Shown here: in pieces, positions 55,664 to 64,000 of the stretch | How positions within the stretch are numbered: position 1 is the stretch's first letter | Layout: every line of letters begins with the position of its first letter | IMG/VR virus record: IMGVR_UViG_642791616_000001 | Span: 32,001 to 96,000 of that record | Length of the DNA stretch: 64,000 bases | Direction: 5' to 3' (one strand) | From: a virus | Lineage: Duplodnaviria; Caudoviricetes | Notes under the pieces: model-generated | What the model saw: only the letters and a program-made list of their open reading frames with translations | What the model was told of the DNA's origin: nothing | The model's database searches: none | Position numbers and translations under genes: made by a program

Positions 55664-55894
55664 TTAAAGCACATCTACATGTTGAAAGAAGGCTTTCTTA
55701 ACCGTTGTATCCGCCACTCCACACTGCTCTGCTACACTGGTAAATGTGTTCTTACCTTTGATAGATTCCTTGCCTATGCGCTTGAATAATCGCCCTGTAA
55801 TCTTGTCGTTTCTTGCGATAGAGATAAAGTAGTCAGAGAATGTAGAATCGCAGTGAGGGCATTTGTAACGATTTTGAATGACTTCGAGAAAGTC
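55664..55894 (-). pseudogene. ISL3-transposase-like zinc-finger/HTH fragment without start codon
   Basis: In frame after MTase stop: DFLEVIQNRYKCPHCDSTFS...ITGRL...TFTSVAEQCGVADTTV. Confidence 0.6.
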
Positions 55895-56692
55895 TTATTG
55901 GTAGGAAGCTAAATCATCACCTAATTGGACTTGTTCAAGACGTTTATTAGCAAGTTGGTAAAACGTTGGGTCAGTCTCAAAACCTATCCATTTTCTTTGG
56001 CTGATTATAGATGCGACAGCTGTTGTGCCAGAACCCATGCAGTTATCGAGAACTATATCTGATTGGTCTGTGTAAGTTCGTATCAAATATTCGCACATCT
56101 CCACAGGTTTTTGTGTTGGGTGGATATTATCTTTATCTTTTAAAAATGTTTGGATACTTACTGGATGTCTGCCCTCATTTACTTTTTCAAAATTGTCTCG
56201 CAACGAGCCTCCGTTGAAGATTTCTCCCTTGTGGCTGCTTCTCTTAACCTTATATTCCTTCCCTTCTGTTTTTTGCGGAAAATAAGTTGCCGTACCCTTT
56301 TTGTTTGGACTTGCAGGAAGTTTACTGAAAACGAGAATATTTTCATGAACCTTAAGTGGTTGGTGGTTAGAGTTTAGGAAATTCGCTCCCTTTGTTTTAT
56401 CCCAAATCCATTCGTACCTGAACATAGAAGGATTACTGTTAACTAAATAACTTGTAAACGGTTGACTACCGAACAGAACGACATTGCCAGTTTCTTTGAT
56501 GATTCGTTTGTACTGCTCCCATAACTTTTCAATTGGGATGATTTTATCCCACCTTTTAACGTCAGTTGTTCCGTAAGGTAAGTCACATAAAATTAAGTCT
56601 ACGGATTCATCAGGAATTAATTTCATCCCTTCGAGACAGTCCATTTGATATATTCTATTAAGTTCTAAGCTCCCGAGTAACTCTTTCTCCAT
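55895..56692 (-). CDS. Beta-class N4/N6 DNA methyltransferase
   Basis: DLPY, HPTQKP, LDNCMGSGTT. Confidence 0.93.
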   Translation of the reverse strand: MEKELLGSLELNRIYQMDCLEGMKLIPDESVDLILCDLPYGTTDVKRWDKIIPIEKLWEQYKRIIKETGNVVLFGSQPFTSYLVNSNPSMFRYEWIWDKTKGANFLNSNHQPLKVHENILVFSKLPASPNKKGTATYFPQKTEGKEYKVKRSSHKGEIFNGGSLRDNFEKVNEGRHPVSIQTFLKDKDNIHPTQKPVEMCEYLIRTYTDQSDIVLDNCMGSGTTAVASIISQRKWIGFETDPTFYQLANKRLEQVQLGDDLASYQ

Positions 56693-56876
56693 ATAACGCC
56701 TCCGAATATTTATATTTTTTTGTATAAACATTCATCTACCTAACATGAATATTCATACAGTCCCACACAGGATCCTTTGCCGAAGATTCCCTATGAAAGT
56801 TGACGTAACTGCTAATCTACCTTGTTAATTATTTACAGGGTTTCCCCTGAGAAGTTTGTATGCCCAAATATTATTG

Positions 56877-58190
56877 TCAGACTGCGCAACTTAGACAGCC
56901 TTCCTGCCCAGTATCTTTAGTGCGCGCATAATAAAGCGTCTTGATGCCTTTGTGGTGCGCGTACAGGTCAATTCGATTCAAATCGCGCGTCGTCATCGTA
57001 TCTTTTAAGAACAGCGTAAATGAGATGCCTTGGTCGACGTGCTGCTGAATCGTAGCGATCATATCGACGACCTTAAACATATCCATGTCGTACGCTTCTT
57101 TATAGAAGAACCAGTTTTGCGGCGATAACCCCGGCATTGGATAGTACGTCTTCGAGTTTCCGTAAGTCCGTTCCTCAATGCGCTCCATAATCGGCATGAC
57201 CGAAGCTGTCGCCGACTGTACATACGAAATAGATCCGTTAGGCGCAATCGCAAGTCTATAGGCGTGGTATAGTCCGTGAAGATTTACGTTATCGCTCAGG
57301 ACTTGCCATTCGAGAGGCGTCGGAATCACGATGTCTTTAAACAACGCCCGCACTTTATCCGTTTTTGGTCGGTAATCACCTTCGAGGTACTTATCGAAAT
57401 ACTCTCCGCTCGCATACGTAGATCCCTCGTAGCCTTCAAACGTAGTTCCCGTTTCCTGCGCCAATTCATTCGAGCGCACTAACGTCCAGTAATTGACCGT
57501 AGCGAAGAATACGTTAGCAAAGTCACGAGCTTCTTCCGATTCATATGCGATTCCATTCTGCGCTAAATAGCCGTGCAGATTCATCGCGCCAAGTCCGATA
57601 GAACGCATCTCACGGTTAGCCTTTGCGACGGCCGGCGCGTTCTTGATATTCGTAGATTCCGAAACTACGGTCAGCGCATCGACGGCTAGTTTGACGGCGT
57701 TTTCGATCGATCCACCCGCCATTACATTCGCGATATTAAGAGAGCCGAGGTTGCACGAAATATCTAAGCCGATATCGTCCGGTTCGCCATAGTCGGTGTA
57801 TTCCGAGACGGTCGAAGCCTGAAGCACCTCCGAACAGAGATTCGAGAACTTAACGCGGCTGATATGGTTCAGCGCATGCTCTCGGTTAACGTTGTCTTGA
57901 AACATCATGTACGGATACCCCGACTCTGAACGCAGAACGGCCATCTTTTCGAGTAGCTGGCGCGGGTTAATACGTTCCTTCCGCACCGCCGGATTATTCA
58001 CGAGTTCATCGTACATTGCGCCGATATCCATTTCGTCTAAATGCGTGCCGTACGCCTTATAGACCGTATGCGGATAGAAAACGTAAGCCGGTCGGTCTTC
58101 TCGCGCTAGTTCGATGAATTTGTCGGGCACAACGACGCCGATTGACAGCGTTTTGACTCGGACGTCTTCATCTGCCGAGATTTTTTTGGT
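56877..58190 (-). CDS. nrdE: Class Ib RNR alpha subunit, exon 2
   Basis: Resumes TKKISADEDVRVKT; SNLCSE, CNLGS, APNGS, LYY, CLSC. Confidence 0.95.
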   Translation of the reverse strand, partial: TKKISADEDVRVKTLSIGVVVPDKFIELAREDRPAYVFYPHTVYKAYGTHLDEMDIGAMYDELVNNPAVRKERINPRQLLEKMAVLRSESGYPYMMFQDNVNREHALNHISRVKFSNLCSEVLQASTVSEYTDYGEPDDIGLDISCNLGSLNIANVMAGGSIENAVKLAVDALTVVSESTNIKNAPAVAKANREMRSIGLGAMNLHGYLAQNGIAYESEEARDFANVFFATVNYWTLVRSNELAQETGTTFEGYEGSTYASGEYFDKYLEGDYRPKTDKVRALFKDIVIPTPLEWQVLSDNVNLHGLYHAYRLAIAPNGSISYVQSATASVMPIMERIEERTYGNSKTYYPMPGLSPQNWFFYKEAYDMDMFKVVDMIATIQQHVDQGISFTLFLKDTMTTRDLNRIDLYAHHKGIKTLYYARTKDTGQEGCLSCAV

Positions 58191-59139
58191 CAGTTACCCT
58201 CGTATTTCTACGAGGACTGGACTATATCATCGTCTACGTGAGACGCCTTGCGCTTCAACCGGTGCTAATCTCCGGCTTACTATTAGTCTCTACACCTTCC
58301 GAGCACCGATAATAATTTTTGAACTTTGGGTTGTTCACACGACTTGTGATAGTCGTCCGGCTAATCCCTAACTGACGACTCGCCTCTGCCATTGAACGAT
58401 AAAATACGCCATTTACACATATCCTTGCGTTATTCCCATTGTTCAAACGAAGTTTTAAGCATTCACTCTCTGATTTTACTCGTCCTTTATGTGCCTCAGA
58501 CATTTTACGTCGCGTCTCTGTCGTATGTTTTCTGCCATCGAATCGTTTAGTTATTAAACTACGCATCATCTGCATGTGCTCCATATTGTTGTACCATGGA
58601 TTATTTTCACCTGAATTTATTACAGATAATTTCCGCTTAACATCTTCACTATGTGTCCGCCCAAACATTGGGTTTTTATGTCCCGTGTACGACATTCCGA
58701 ATGCGTTGTGATACAAGTTATACCTTAGATGTTTGTCGCATCTATCTATCCAATACTGCTCAGCTTCGAAAAGAGCGTGCCTTTCAATTTCACCGAAACT
58801 CTGCAATACTTTAAATTCAAAAGCTTTTTCGCCCATCAAATTAAAATCCTCTTGTAAAGGCTGATTGTGGTGTATGCCCTTTCTTAGTAAGTTGATGTGA
58901 GCATTTTTTCTTTTTTGAAAATCTGAACTACTTCCGATATAACACTTACCGTTTTTCATGTTTTTAATTTCGTAAACAGCGTTCACTTTTTCACCTCCTT
59001 TGGTGCTCGGCTTGGCACGGGATTGCCACCACCCTTACGTGCTGAGGTTTCCCCGTTAGCCCTCGTATGAGGACACCGCTTTTGCATGCGTTCACAAGGT
59101 TTTCACTACCCAATCGCTTGGATAGGCGACTACCATTTA
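58191..59139 (-). ncRNA. Group I intron in nrdE
   Basis: Exon 1 ends ...CTCGAT (U); intron ends ...AACTG; core elements GTAGAGACTA and GATATAGTCC; splicing restores DFLD-TKK. Confidence 0.93.
58255..58986 (-). CDS. Intron-encoded GIY-YIG homing endonuclease with NUMOD3/NUMOD1 repeats
   Basis: AVYEIKN...CYIGSS, NPMFGRTHSEDVK, HTTETRRKMSE. Confidence 0.93.
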   Translation of the reverse strand: MNAVYEIKNMKNGKCYIGSSSDFQKRKNAHINLLRKGIHHNQPLQEDFNLMGEKAFEFKVLQSFGEIERHALFEAEQYWIDRCDKHLRYNLYHNAFGMSYTGHKNPMFGRTHSEDVKRKLSVINSGENNPWYNNMEHMQMMRSLITKRFDGRKHTTETRRKMSEAHKGRVKSESECLKLRLNNGNNARICVNGVFYRSMAEASRQLGISRTTITSRVNNPKFKNYYRCSEGVETNSKPEISTG

Positions 59140-59925
59140 ATCGAGAAAATCATTAATATCCGCGTGGAATACGTTTAGATAAGCTGCGCCCGCGCCCTGT
59201 CTTTGGCCCATCTGATCCGCATATCGGAACGCATTATCGAGTAGCTTCATAACGCCGACTACGCCTTTAGTCGCTCCGGCAACGTCCTTAATCGACTCAC
59301 CTTTTGCGCGAATCTTTGAAAGATTAAGCGACACGCCCCCACCTGACTTCGATAGCTGCATCGAAATGTCGATTGCGCGTGAGATATCGTTCAGCGAGTC
59401 GTTAACTTCGAGCAGGAAACACGACACCATCTCGCCTCTACGCTTGCGCCCGGCATTTAAAAACGTAGGAGTCGCCGGTTGGTATTCCTGGCGGATCATT
59501 AGTTTCGCAAACTCGATCGCCTTGGCCCCGTCACCTTTTCCGAAGTACAGCGCACAGCAAGCGATACGGTCTTCGTAGCGTTCGAGAATCTTTTTGCGAT
59601 CGTTCGTCTTCAGCGCGTAGTCGTTGTAGAATTTGAATGCGCTCATGAACGAAGGGAATCGGAACTTTGCGGCGTAGGCCGTTTTATAGACTGCCTTGAT
59701 TTCCTCGAATGTATAAGCGTCAAGGAACTCCGTCTCGTAGTAATCGTTATCGCGCAGATAGTCGAGCTTTTCTTTTAAATCGTGGAAAAATACGGTGTTT
59801 TGATTTACGTAGTCTATAAAATAAGCACGGACGGCCTCTTCGTCTTTCTCGAATTGAAACCGCCCGTCTTTTTGAATCATAATTTCGTTATTTAACTCGA
59901 TATAACTTGCGCTGCTATTTGTCAT
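59140..59925 (-). CDS. nrdE: Class Ib RNR alpha subunit, exon 1
   Basis: YIELNNEI, QPATPTFLNAG, VSCFL, GGGV, QMGQRQGAG. Confidence 0.95.
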
Positions 59926-60688
59926 GTGGCGCCTCCTTTATTGATGATCCCCGTACACTAGAATCTAAACGCTGATTAGCTCTCTTCGCATATTCTGTCT
60001 CAATCTCAAAACCTATAAAATTACGATTTAATTGAGTCGCCGCTACCGCCGTTGTCCCTGAACCTATACAACTATCAAGAATAATGTCGCCTTCATTTGT
60101 GAACGTTTTAATTAGCCACTCGAATAGTTTCACTGGTTTTTGGGTTGGATGACCTCCCTTTTCACGGATTTGGGGAATCTCAATTATCGACGTTGGGTAT
60201 CTCCTGCCGTCGCTCTTCGTTTCATTCTCATTTTGGCTCCCATAGTTACTTGTTGAATGTTTCCGTCTCACTTCGTAAGAGTCTCCGAATGTAAATTGAG
60301 GATTGTATGTCGGAGGTTTCTTATAAAAAATTAAAATGTCCTCGTGTTTTCTTAGGGGCATCCTTTTCGCATTGAGGAATCCGGTTATTTGCTTTTTATC
60401 CCAAGTAATGTCGTACCTGAATAATTTCGGATTACTCGATACTAATAAACTAGTGAAAGGCTGTGCCGCTGTAAGCACTATCGCGCCGTTATCTTTTACG
60501 ACTCTTTCGTACTGTTCCCAAAGAGAGTCTAAAGGAATAACAATATCCCACTTATTTCGAGTTGTGCCGTAAGGTAAATCGCAAAGTATCATATCGATCG
60601 ACTTATCCGGCAGCATACGCATCCCTTCGATACAATCGCGCTGATATATCCGATTCAATTCGAGTTCCCCGATCATCTCTTTACCCAA
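59915..60688 (-). CDS. Beta-class N4/N6 DNA methyltransferase (paralog of 55895-56692)
   Basis: DLPY, HPTQKP, LDSCIGSGTT. Confidence 0.93.
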   Translation of the reverse strand: MGKEMIGELELNRIYQRDCIEGMRMLPDKSIDMILCDLPYGTTRNKWDIVIPLDSLWEQYERVVKDNGAIVLTAAQPFTSLLVSSNPKLFRYDITWDKKQITGFLNAKRMPLRKHEDILIFYKKPPTYNPQFTFGDSYEVRRKHSTSNYGSQNENETKSDGRRYPTSIIEIPQIREKGGHPTQKPVKLFEWLIKTFTNEGDIILDSCIGSGTTAVAATQLNRNFIGFEIETEYAKRANQRLDSSVRGSSIKEAPHDK

Positions 60689-61040
60689 GCGCCTTCACCC
60701 TTTCCGTAAATTGTTTTACGTCCTCTTCCGTCCCTGCTAATTCGAATTTACCGATCACCGGCACATCATAAAGCGTCGCAATAACGTCGGCAGCCGCTCC
60801 AAAGCCGTCTCCCCAATTTCGATTTCCCGACGCCGCTATGCCGACCATCCAATCGCCATTATCCTTAAGCCATTCGCTTACCGTTGCGGGCGGCTGACCG
60901 AAGTCGTAAGTCGGCGTTACCAGCACGAACGGTTCCTCAACGACCTCGCCGGTCTTGATTTCGCGTGCCTGACCGCCTAGTCCGGTCTTAGCGATGAACC
61001 GCCGCACGTTGCCCGTCAGCGAGTAGAAATATACGTTCAC
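60681..61040 (-). CDS. nrdI: NrdI flavodoxin
   Basis: YSLTGNVRRF, TPTYDFG, SGNRNWG, KFELAG; GTG start at 61040. Confidence 0.93.
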   Translation of the reverse strand: MNVYFYSLTGNVRRFIAKTGLGGQAREIKTGEVVEEPFVLVTPTYDFGQPPATVSEWLKDNGDWMVGIAASGNRNWGDGFGAAADVIATLYDVPVIGKFELAGTEEDVKQFTERVKALG

Positions 61041-61201
61041 GGCTGAACTCCGGTCGCGTACGCTAATAAAACCGCAGTAGGAATGATCAGCAAGACGAGG
61101 CCGGCTATTTTCGTCGTGATTTCTTCGTATGATTTCGCCTTCATCCCGCCCACAAAAATGATGAGGATCGCGAGGCTGAATAACGCAATGTACGTACTCA
61201 T
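61037..61201 (-). CDS. Small membrane protein
   Basis: MSTYIALFSLAILIIFVGG...; coupled on both sides. Confidence 0.6.
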   Translation of the reverse strand: MSTYIALFSLAILIIFVGGMKAKSYEEITTKIAGLVLLIIPTAVLLAYATGVQP

Positions 61202-61371
61202 TCGTCTCCACCTTCCGATTCATCTAACGAAGAAAGTTCGGCTTCAAGTTTTCCCACCTTTTCATATGCGTGACTAACCTCTCTTTCTAAGTCTTCAATT
61301 TCGCTTTTTCCGACTTCGATCATTTCGTAAATTCCGAATAGTTCCGTCTCTATTTCTTCTCTCGTTCTCAT
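61198..61371 (-). CDS. Small acidic coiled-coil protein
   Basis: MRTREEIETELFG...; coupled on both sides. Confidence 0.6.
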   Translation of the reverse strand: MRTREEIETELFGIYEMIEVGKSEIEDLEREVSHAYEKVGKLEAELSSLDESEGGDE

Positions 61372-61535
61372 CCGCGGTCACCCTTTCCGAAATCGTCCAT
61401 GCTTCGTCCTAACTTATTTAACTGCCGTTCAACCTCTGCGATACCTTCTTCGCCAAAGTACGCCGGATCTGCGCCGAGAACTTTGGACGCTTCTTCCATC
61501 GCCTTGGCGTAAATAGTGTCGTCGTTGTCCGTCAT
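61368..61535 (-). CDS. Small hypothetical protein
   Basis: MTDNDDTIYAKAMEE...; ATGA overlaps. Confidence 0.55.
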   Translation of the reverse strand: MTDNDDTIYAKAMEEASKVLGADPAYFGEEGIAEVERQLNKLGRSMDDFGKGDRG

Positions 61536-61741
61536 CCACGCCCACCTCTCCGCTCAATTTCCGCTTCTAATTCCGCAATTCTAGCAGCCGTCCGGTCACG
61601 CTCGATTTCCGTCTCGACGCGTTTCAGTTCTAGTCGCATGAGTGCGTATTCGTGATCGCCTAAATCCGATTCGAGTCGCCGTTTCATGTCGAGTAAATTA
61701 GCGATTGGCGCAACGAAAATATCACCGTATTCCATCGTCAT
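61532..61741 (-). CDS. Hypothetical coiled-coil protein
   Basis: 69-aa coupled ORF. Confidence 0.65.
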   Translation of the reverse strand: MTMEYGDIFVAPIANLLDMKRRLESDLGDHEYALMRLELKRVETEIERDRTAARIAELEAEIERRGGRG

Positions 61742-62091
61742 TTACCTCCAATCGTGTCGAGGATTTCTATGATTGCGTAGTATTCCGGATTCAAAACCGC
61801 TTTTATTCCGTTTACACCCAAAATGCAAGCGAGTATTAACAGAAACACCGAGATGAAAACGCACCAACCAAAGGCGATAGCTAAACCGTCAGGTATTACA
61901 CCTTTGCGTCTTTTGGCTTCTCGCATGCACAATATCGGAATTACTATCGCAATTAATAAAAGAACTAATGAAGCGCCGATACTTACACCTCCGCCGACCA
62001 CCGCCTGCTTAACGAGCACTCCGTAAACGTGTTCCGCCGCCACTCCGAGCTTTGCGGCTAATTTGTCGATGTAAGCCATCGCTTTATCCAT
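61738..62091 (-). CDS. Two-TM phage membrane protein
   Basis: LAAKLGVAAEHVYGVLVKQ...NPEYYAI. Confidence 0.75.
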   Translation of the reverse strand: MDKAMAYIDKLAAKLGVAAEHVYGVLVKQAVVGGGVSIGASLVLLLIAIVIPILCMREAKRRKGVIPDGLAIAFGWCVFISVFLLILACILGVNGIKAVLNPEYYAIIEILDTIGGK

Positions 62092-62356
62092 TTGCGCCCG
62101 CCTCCTTCGTTGCGTTCTCTAGTGCACGTCTCACAGCCAATCCGTTAAGTACATGCGTAAAGTCAATCGCATTCTTCTGTTCTCCCGTATAGTGATTGAA
62201 CATGACTCCGAGAGCCGCGGTTGCAGCCGTAAAGAATTCAGTTAAATCCACCTTTTCTAATTCCGCAATAAAATGCTCTGACTCCTCGTTAAAAACTTCC
62301 CCTAACGCGCCTACAATTTTAATTACGTGTTGTTCGTGGTTATCCATCCGAATCAC
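62084..62356 (-). CDS. Hypothetical phage protein
   Basis: 90-aa coupled ORF. Confidence 0.7.
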   Translation of the reverse strand: MIRMDNHEQHVIKIVGALGEVFNEESEHFIAELEKVDLTEFFTAATAALGVMFNHYTGEQKNAIDFTHVLNGLAVRRALENATKEAGANG

Positions 62357-62871
62357 TCCATATCGATTTTATAGTCGGTCGTAATCGTGTTTTCCGGTAA
62401 GTAAAATTCGTACGTATTTAAACCCGTGCTCTTACCGTAGAAGAATCGTGCAATAGCCGATTTATACTGGACGTCATAAGTGAGAACGTAAGGCTTTTCG
62501 TAAGTACCTTCTCGAATCTTGGACGATAATATCTCCGCTTTATTGATCGTTGTAAAACCGTCCTTCTCGACCGCGTAATAAAAATACGGTTCAGCGGAGG
62601 CTGTTCCCGACCCTAAAACGAATCTTCCCGAGGATTCGGATGTGTCTTTTAGCGAGGAGACTTCGCTTTTGACGGGATCTGCCGAATGAGTAGGCAAGAA
62701 AAACCCCGGAATAAGCACGATGCATACTGCGAGTAAACCTGCTAACATTCCGAAGAAACCCGCGGCTAAGTAGTCTAGAAAATCCACGTAAGCATACCCG
62801 AGCGAGCCAAGTAGACAAACAGCAAATCCTATAGAAACTACAACAAAAGTAATAATTAAACCTGCGCCCAT
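62353..62871 (-). CDS. Membrane protein
   Basis: Two N-terminal TMs; SGRFVLGSG. Confidence 0.75.
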   Translation of the reverse strand: MGAGLIITFVVVSIGFAVCLLGSLGYAYVDFLDYLAAGFFGMLAGLLAVCIVLIPGFFLPTHSADPVKSEVSSLKDTSESSGRFVLGSGTASAEPYFYYAVEKDGFTTINKAEILSSKIREGTYEKPYVLTYDVQYKSAIARFFYGKSTGLNTYEFYLPENTITTDYKIDME

Positions 62872-63441
62872 CTATTTCGCCCCTTTCGGTTTCTCAAGTA
62901 CGCCTTCATCGATCAGCCACGCAAGCCCAATCGCAGCCGCATCCGATTCATCAAAGTTGGCGAAGGTTCCGTCGTAGCCTGTTATCCGTCTTACGCCCGC
63001 CTCTACTTCGTCCTTTTCTGCGTTGCCCGATCCGGCGACCAATGACTTAACGCGCGTCGCGGATATGCCGAGATCTTCCGTCTTTTTGCCCGGCTTCTTG
63101 TATTTATCGAACGTCAGCCCGAATCGTGACGTCGCTCTTTCACACGCGTTCCAAGCGCTGAGTACCGGATAGTTAGACCGTGACGTCTTGCCCGCAAAGT
63201 CTTCGCGAACCACGTAATCAAAGCCGGCGGTTCCGACATGCTTATCGAGAAACAGCATCGCCCATCCTTCGATAACCTCCGCTCGGTGCGCATGTGATCG
63301 GCTCGTATTCGGCTTGACGTGGCTTAGCGCCTTGATGATCGGCTTACCTTTGCGGACTTCTATGATCGCGACGCCCGGACAGGTCATCGACGTGTCAAAC
63401 GCAAGGCATCGGATAGGCTTGGCGGCGGTCATCCGAACCAC
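62872..63441 (-). CDS. RuvC-like Holliday junction resolvase
   Basis: AFDTS, VRE, GSGNAEKDEV, DESDA. Confidence 0.85.
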   Translation of the reverse strand: MVRMTAAKPIRCLAFDTSMTCPGVAIIEVRKGKPIIKALSHVKPNTSRSHAHRAEVIEGWAMLFLDKHVGTAGFDYVVREDFAGKTSRSNYPVLSAWNACERATSRFGLTFDKYKKPGKKTEDLGISATRVKSLVAGSGNAEKDEVEAGVRRITGYDGTFANFDESDAAAIGLAWLIDEGVLEKPKGAK

Positions 63442-63629
63442 CGGAAGAATTCGATTTTCTCCGTCTTTAACGCTTCTGCTGCAAGTTTATCCGGGCTATC
63501 CGCGCCTTTTGCGATTGCCGTTAATACCTCGGAATACAATTCGGACTCCTTACAGTGTGCCGCCTCATCGTCGAAGGCTATTTGTCGGATAACTTCAACG
63601 CGTTCTCTAACTTCATCGACCGTCATCAA
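63429..63629 (-). CDS. Hypothetical phage protein
   Basis: DDEAAHCKESELY motif; coupled. Confidence 0.7.
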   Translation of the reverse strand: MMTVDEVRERVEVIRQIAFDDEAAHCKESELYSEVLTAIAKGADSPDKLAAEALKTEKIEFFRWFG

Positions 63630-64000
63630 ACCGCCTCCCCTTCTCGGACTCTCTCAATAAATGCGAGCGCCTCTGCATACTGCTGCTTCGTACTTGCGTA
63701 GGCTCCCGATTTACGCATCTGCGCCACCTTACCGCGAATCACCGTCATTTCATCGTCTGTCAGCGACTTAGCAATCGCAGTCTTGAAGTTGTTGAACGTC
63801 CATGCTCCGAGGTCTAGTTCGGGCGGCGTACCCGCATCGACCGCATTTCGGATATCTACGAATCTATCAAGAATCGCGTCAATATCATGCGGCTTGATTT
63901 CGAGACCAAACGCTCGGATGTCCGGTGTCTTTTCAAATTCGCCTTCCGGATATACCCACGACTTTTTAGACGCATTGACGTAAAGAATGACGTAATAATC
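63626..64000 (-). CDS. 3' part of a phage gene (possibly PD-(D/E)XK nuclease), runs off window
   Basis: Open frame DYYVILYVNASKKSW...WTFNNFKTA...EGEAV*. Confidence 0.55.
   Translation of the reverse strand, partial: DYYVILYVNASKKSWVYPEGEFEKTPDIRAFGLEIKPHDIDAILDRFVDIRNAVDAGTPPELDLGAWTFNNFKTAIAKSLTDDEMTVIRGKVAQMRKSGAYASTKQQYAEALAFIERVREGEAV

Larger units (their letters stand above)
17012..64000. mobile_element. Prophage 2 (temperate siphovirus; continues right of the window)
   Basis: Integrase just 3' of the tRNA, followed by lysis, tail, head, terminase and nucleotide-metabolism modules. Confidence 0.95.

Noticed and set aside
61041-61223. N-terminal extension of NrdI in the ORF track
   Set aside because: NrdI homology begins at GTG 61040; the region is better explained by a coupled 54-aa membrane ORF.
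746-63983. Numerous 60-155 aa ORFs antisense to or nested in recognised genes
   Set aside because: Shadow ORFs lacking RBS and recognisable motifs.
1-64000. CRISPR array, retron/DGR reverse transcriptase, arbitrium aimR-aimP
   Set aside because: No spaced repeat array, no RT motifs, and no TPR receptor with a peptide gene seen in the window.

Overview
Bacillus (subtilis/pumilus-group-like) chromosomal window made almost entirely of two different temperate prophages on either side of one tRNA-Ala(GGC) gene (16939-17011). Prophage 1 (<1-~16.9 kb, AT-richer) shows its integrase/ImmA/repressor-Cro switch and a leftward early operon (SMC-like ATPase, RecT, MBL nuclease, initiator, loader, DnaB, RuvC, ArpU), plus an LCI-like antimicrobial peptide moron. 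Prophage 2 (~17.0 kb->64 kb, siphovirus) shows integrase, lysis, tail, head and terminase modules, and a nucleotide-metabolism block (dNMP kinase, thyX, dut, nrdIEF). That block carries a group I intron in nrdE, three homing endonucleases and two interleaved DNA methyltransferases. The least explained parts are non-coding: (i) a tRNA-like RNA with an expanded anticodon region ahead of the terminator-studded late operon; (ii) a plasmid-like cassette (RepL-like protein, repeats, dso-like sequence, short tyrosine recombinase with two matching palindromic sites, HTH-controlled small membrane peptides); (iii) three short antisense promoter-terminator units in the prophage 1 early operon. All family assignments are by-eye recognition, not database results.
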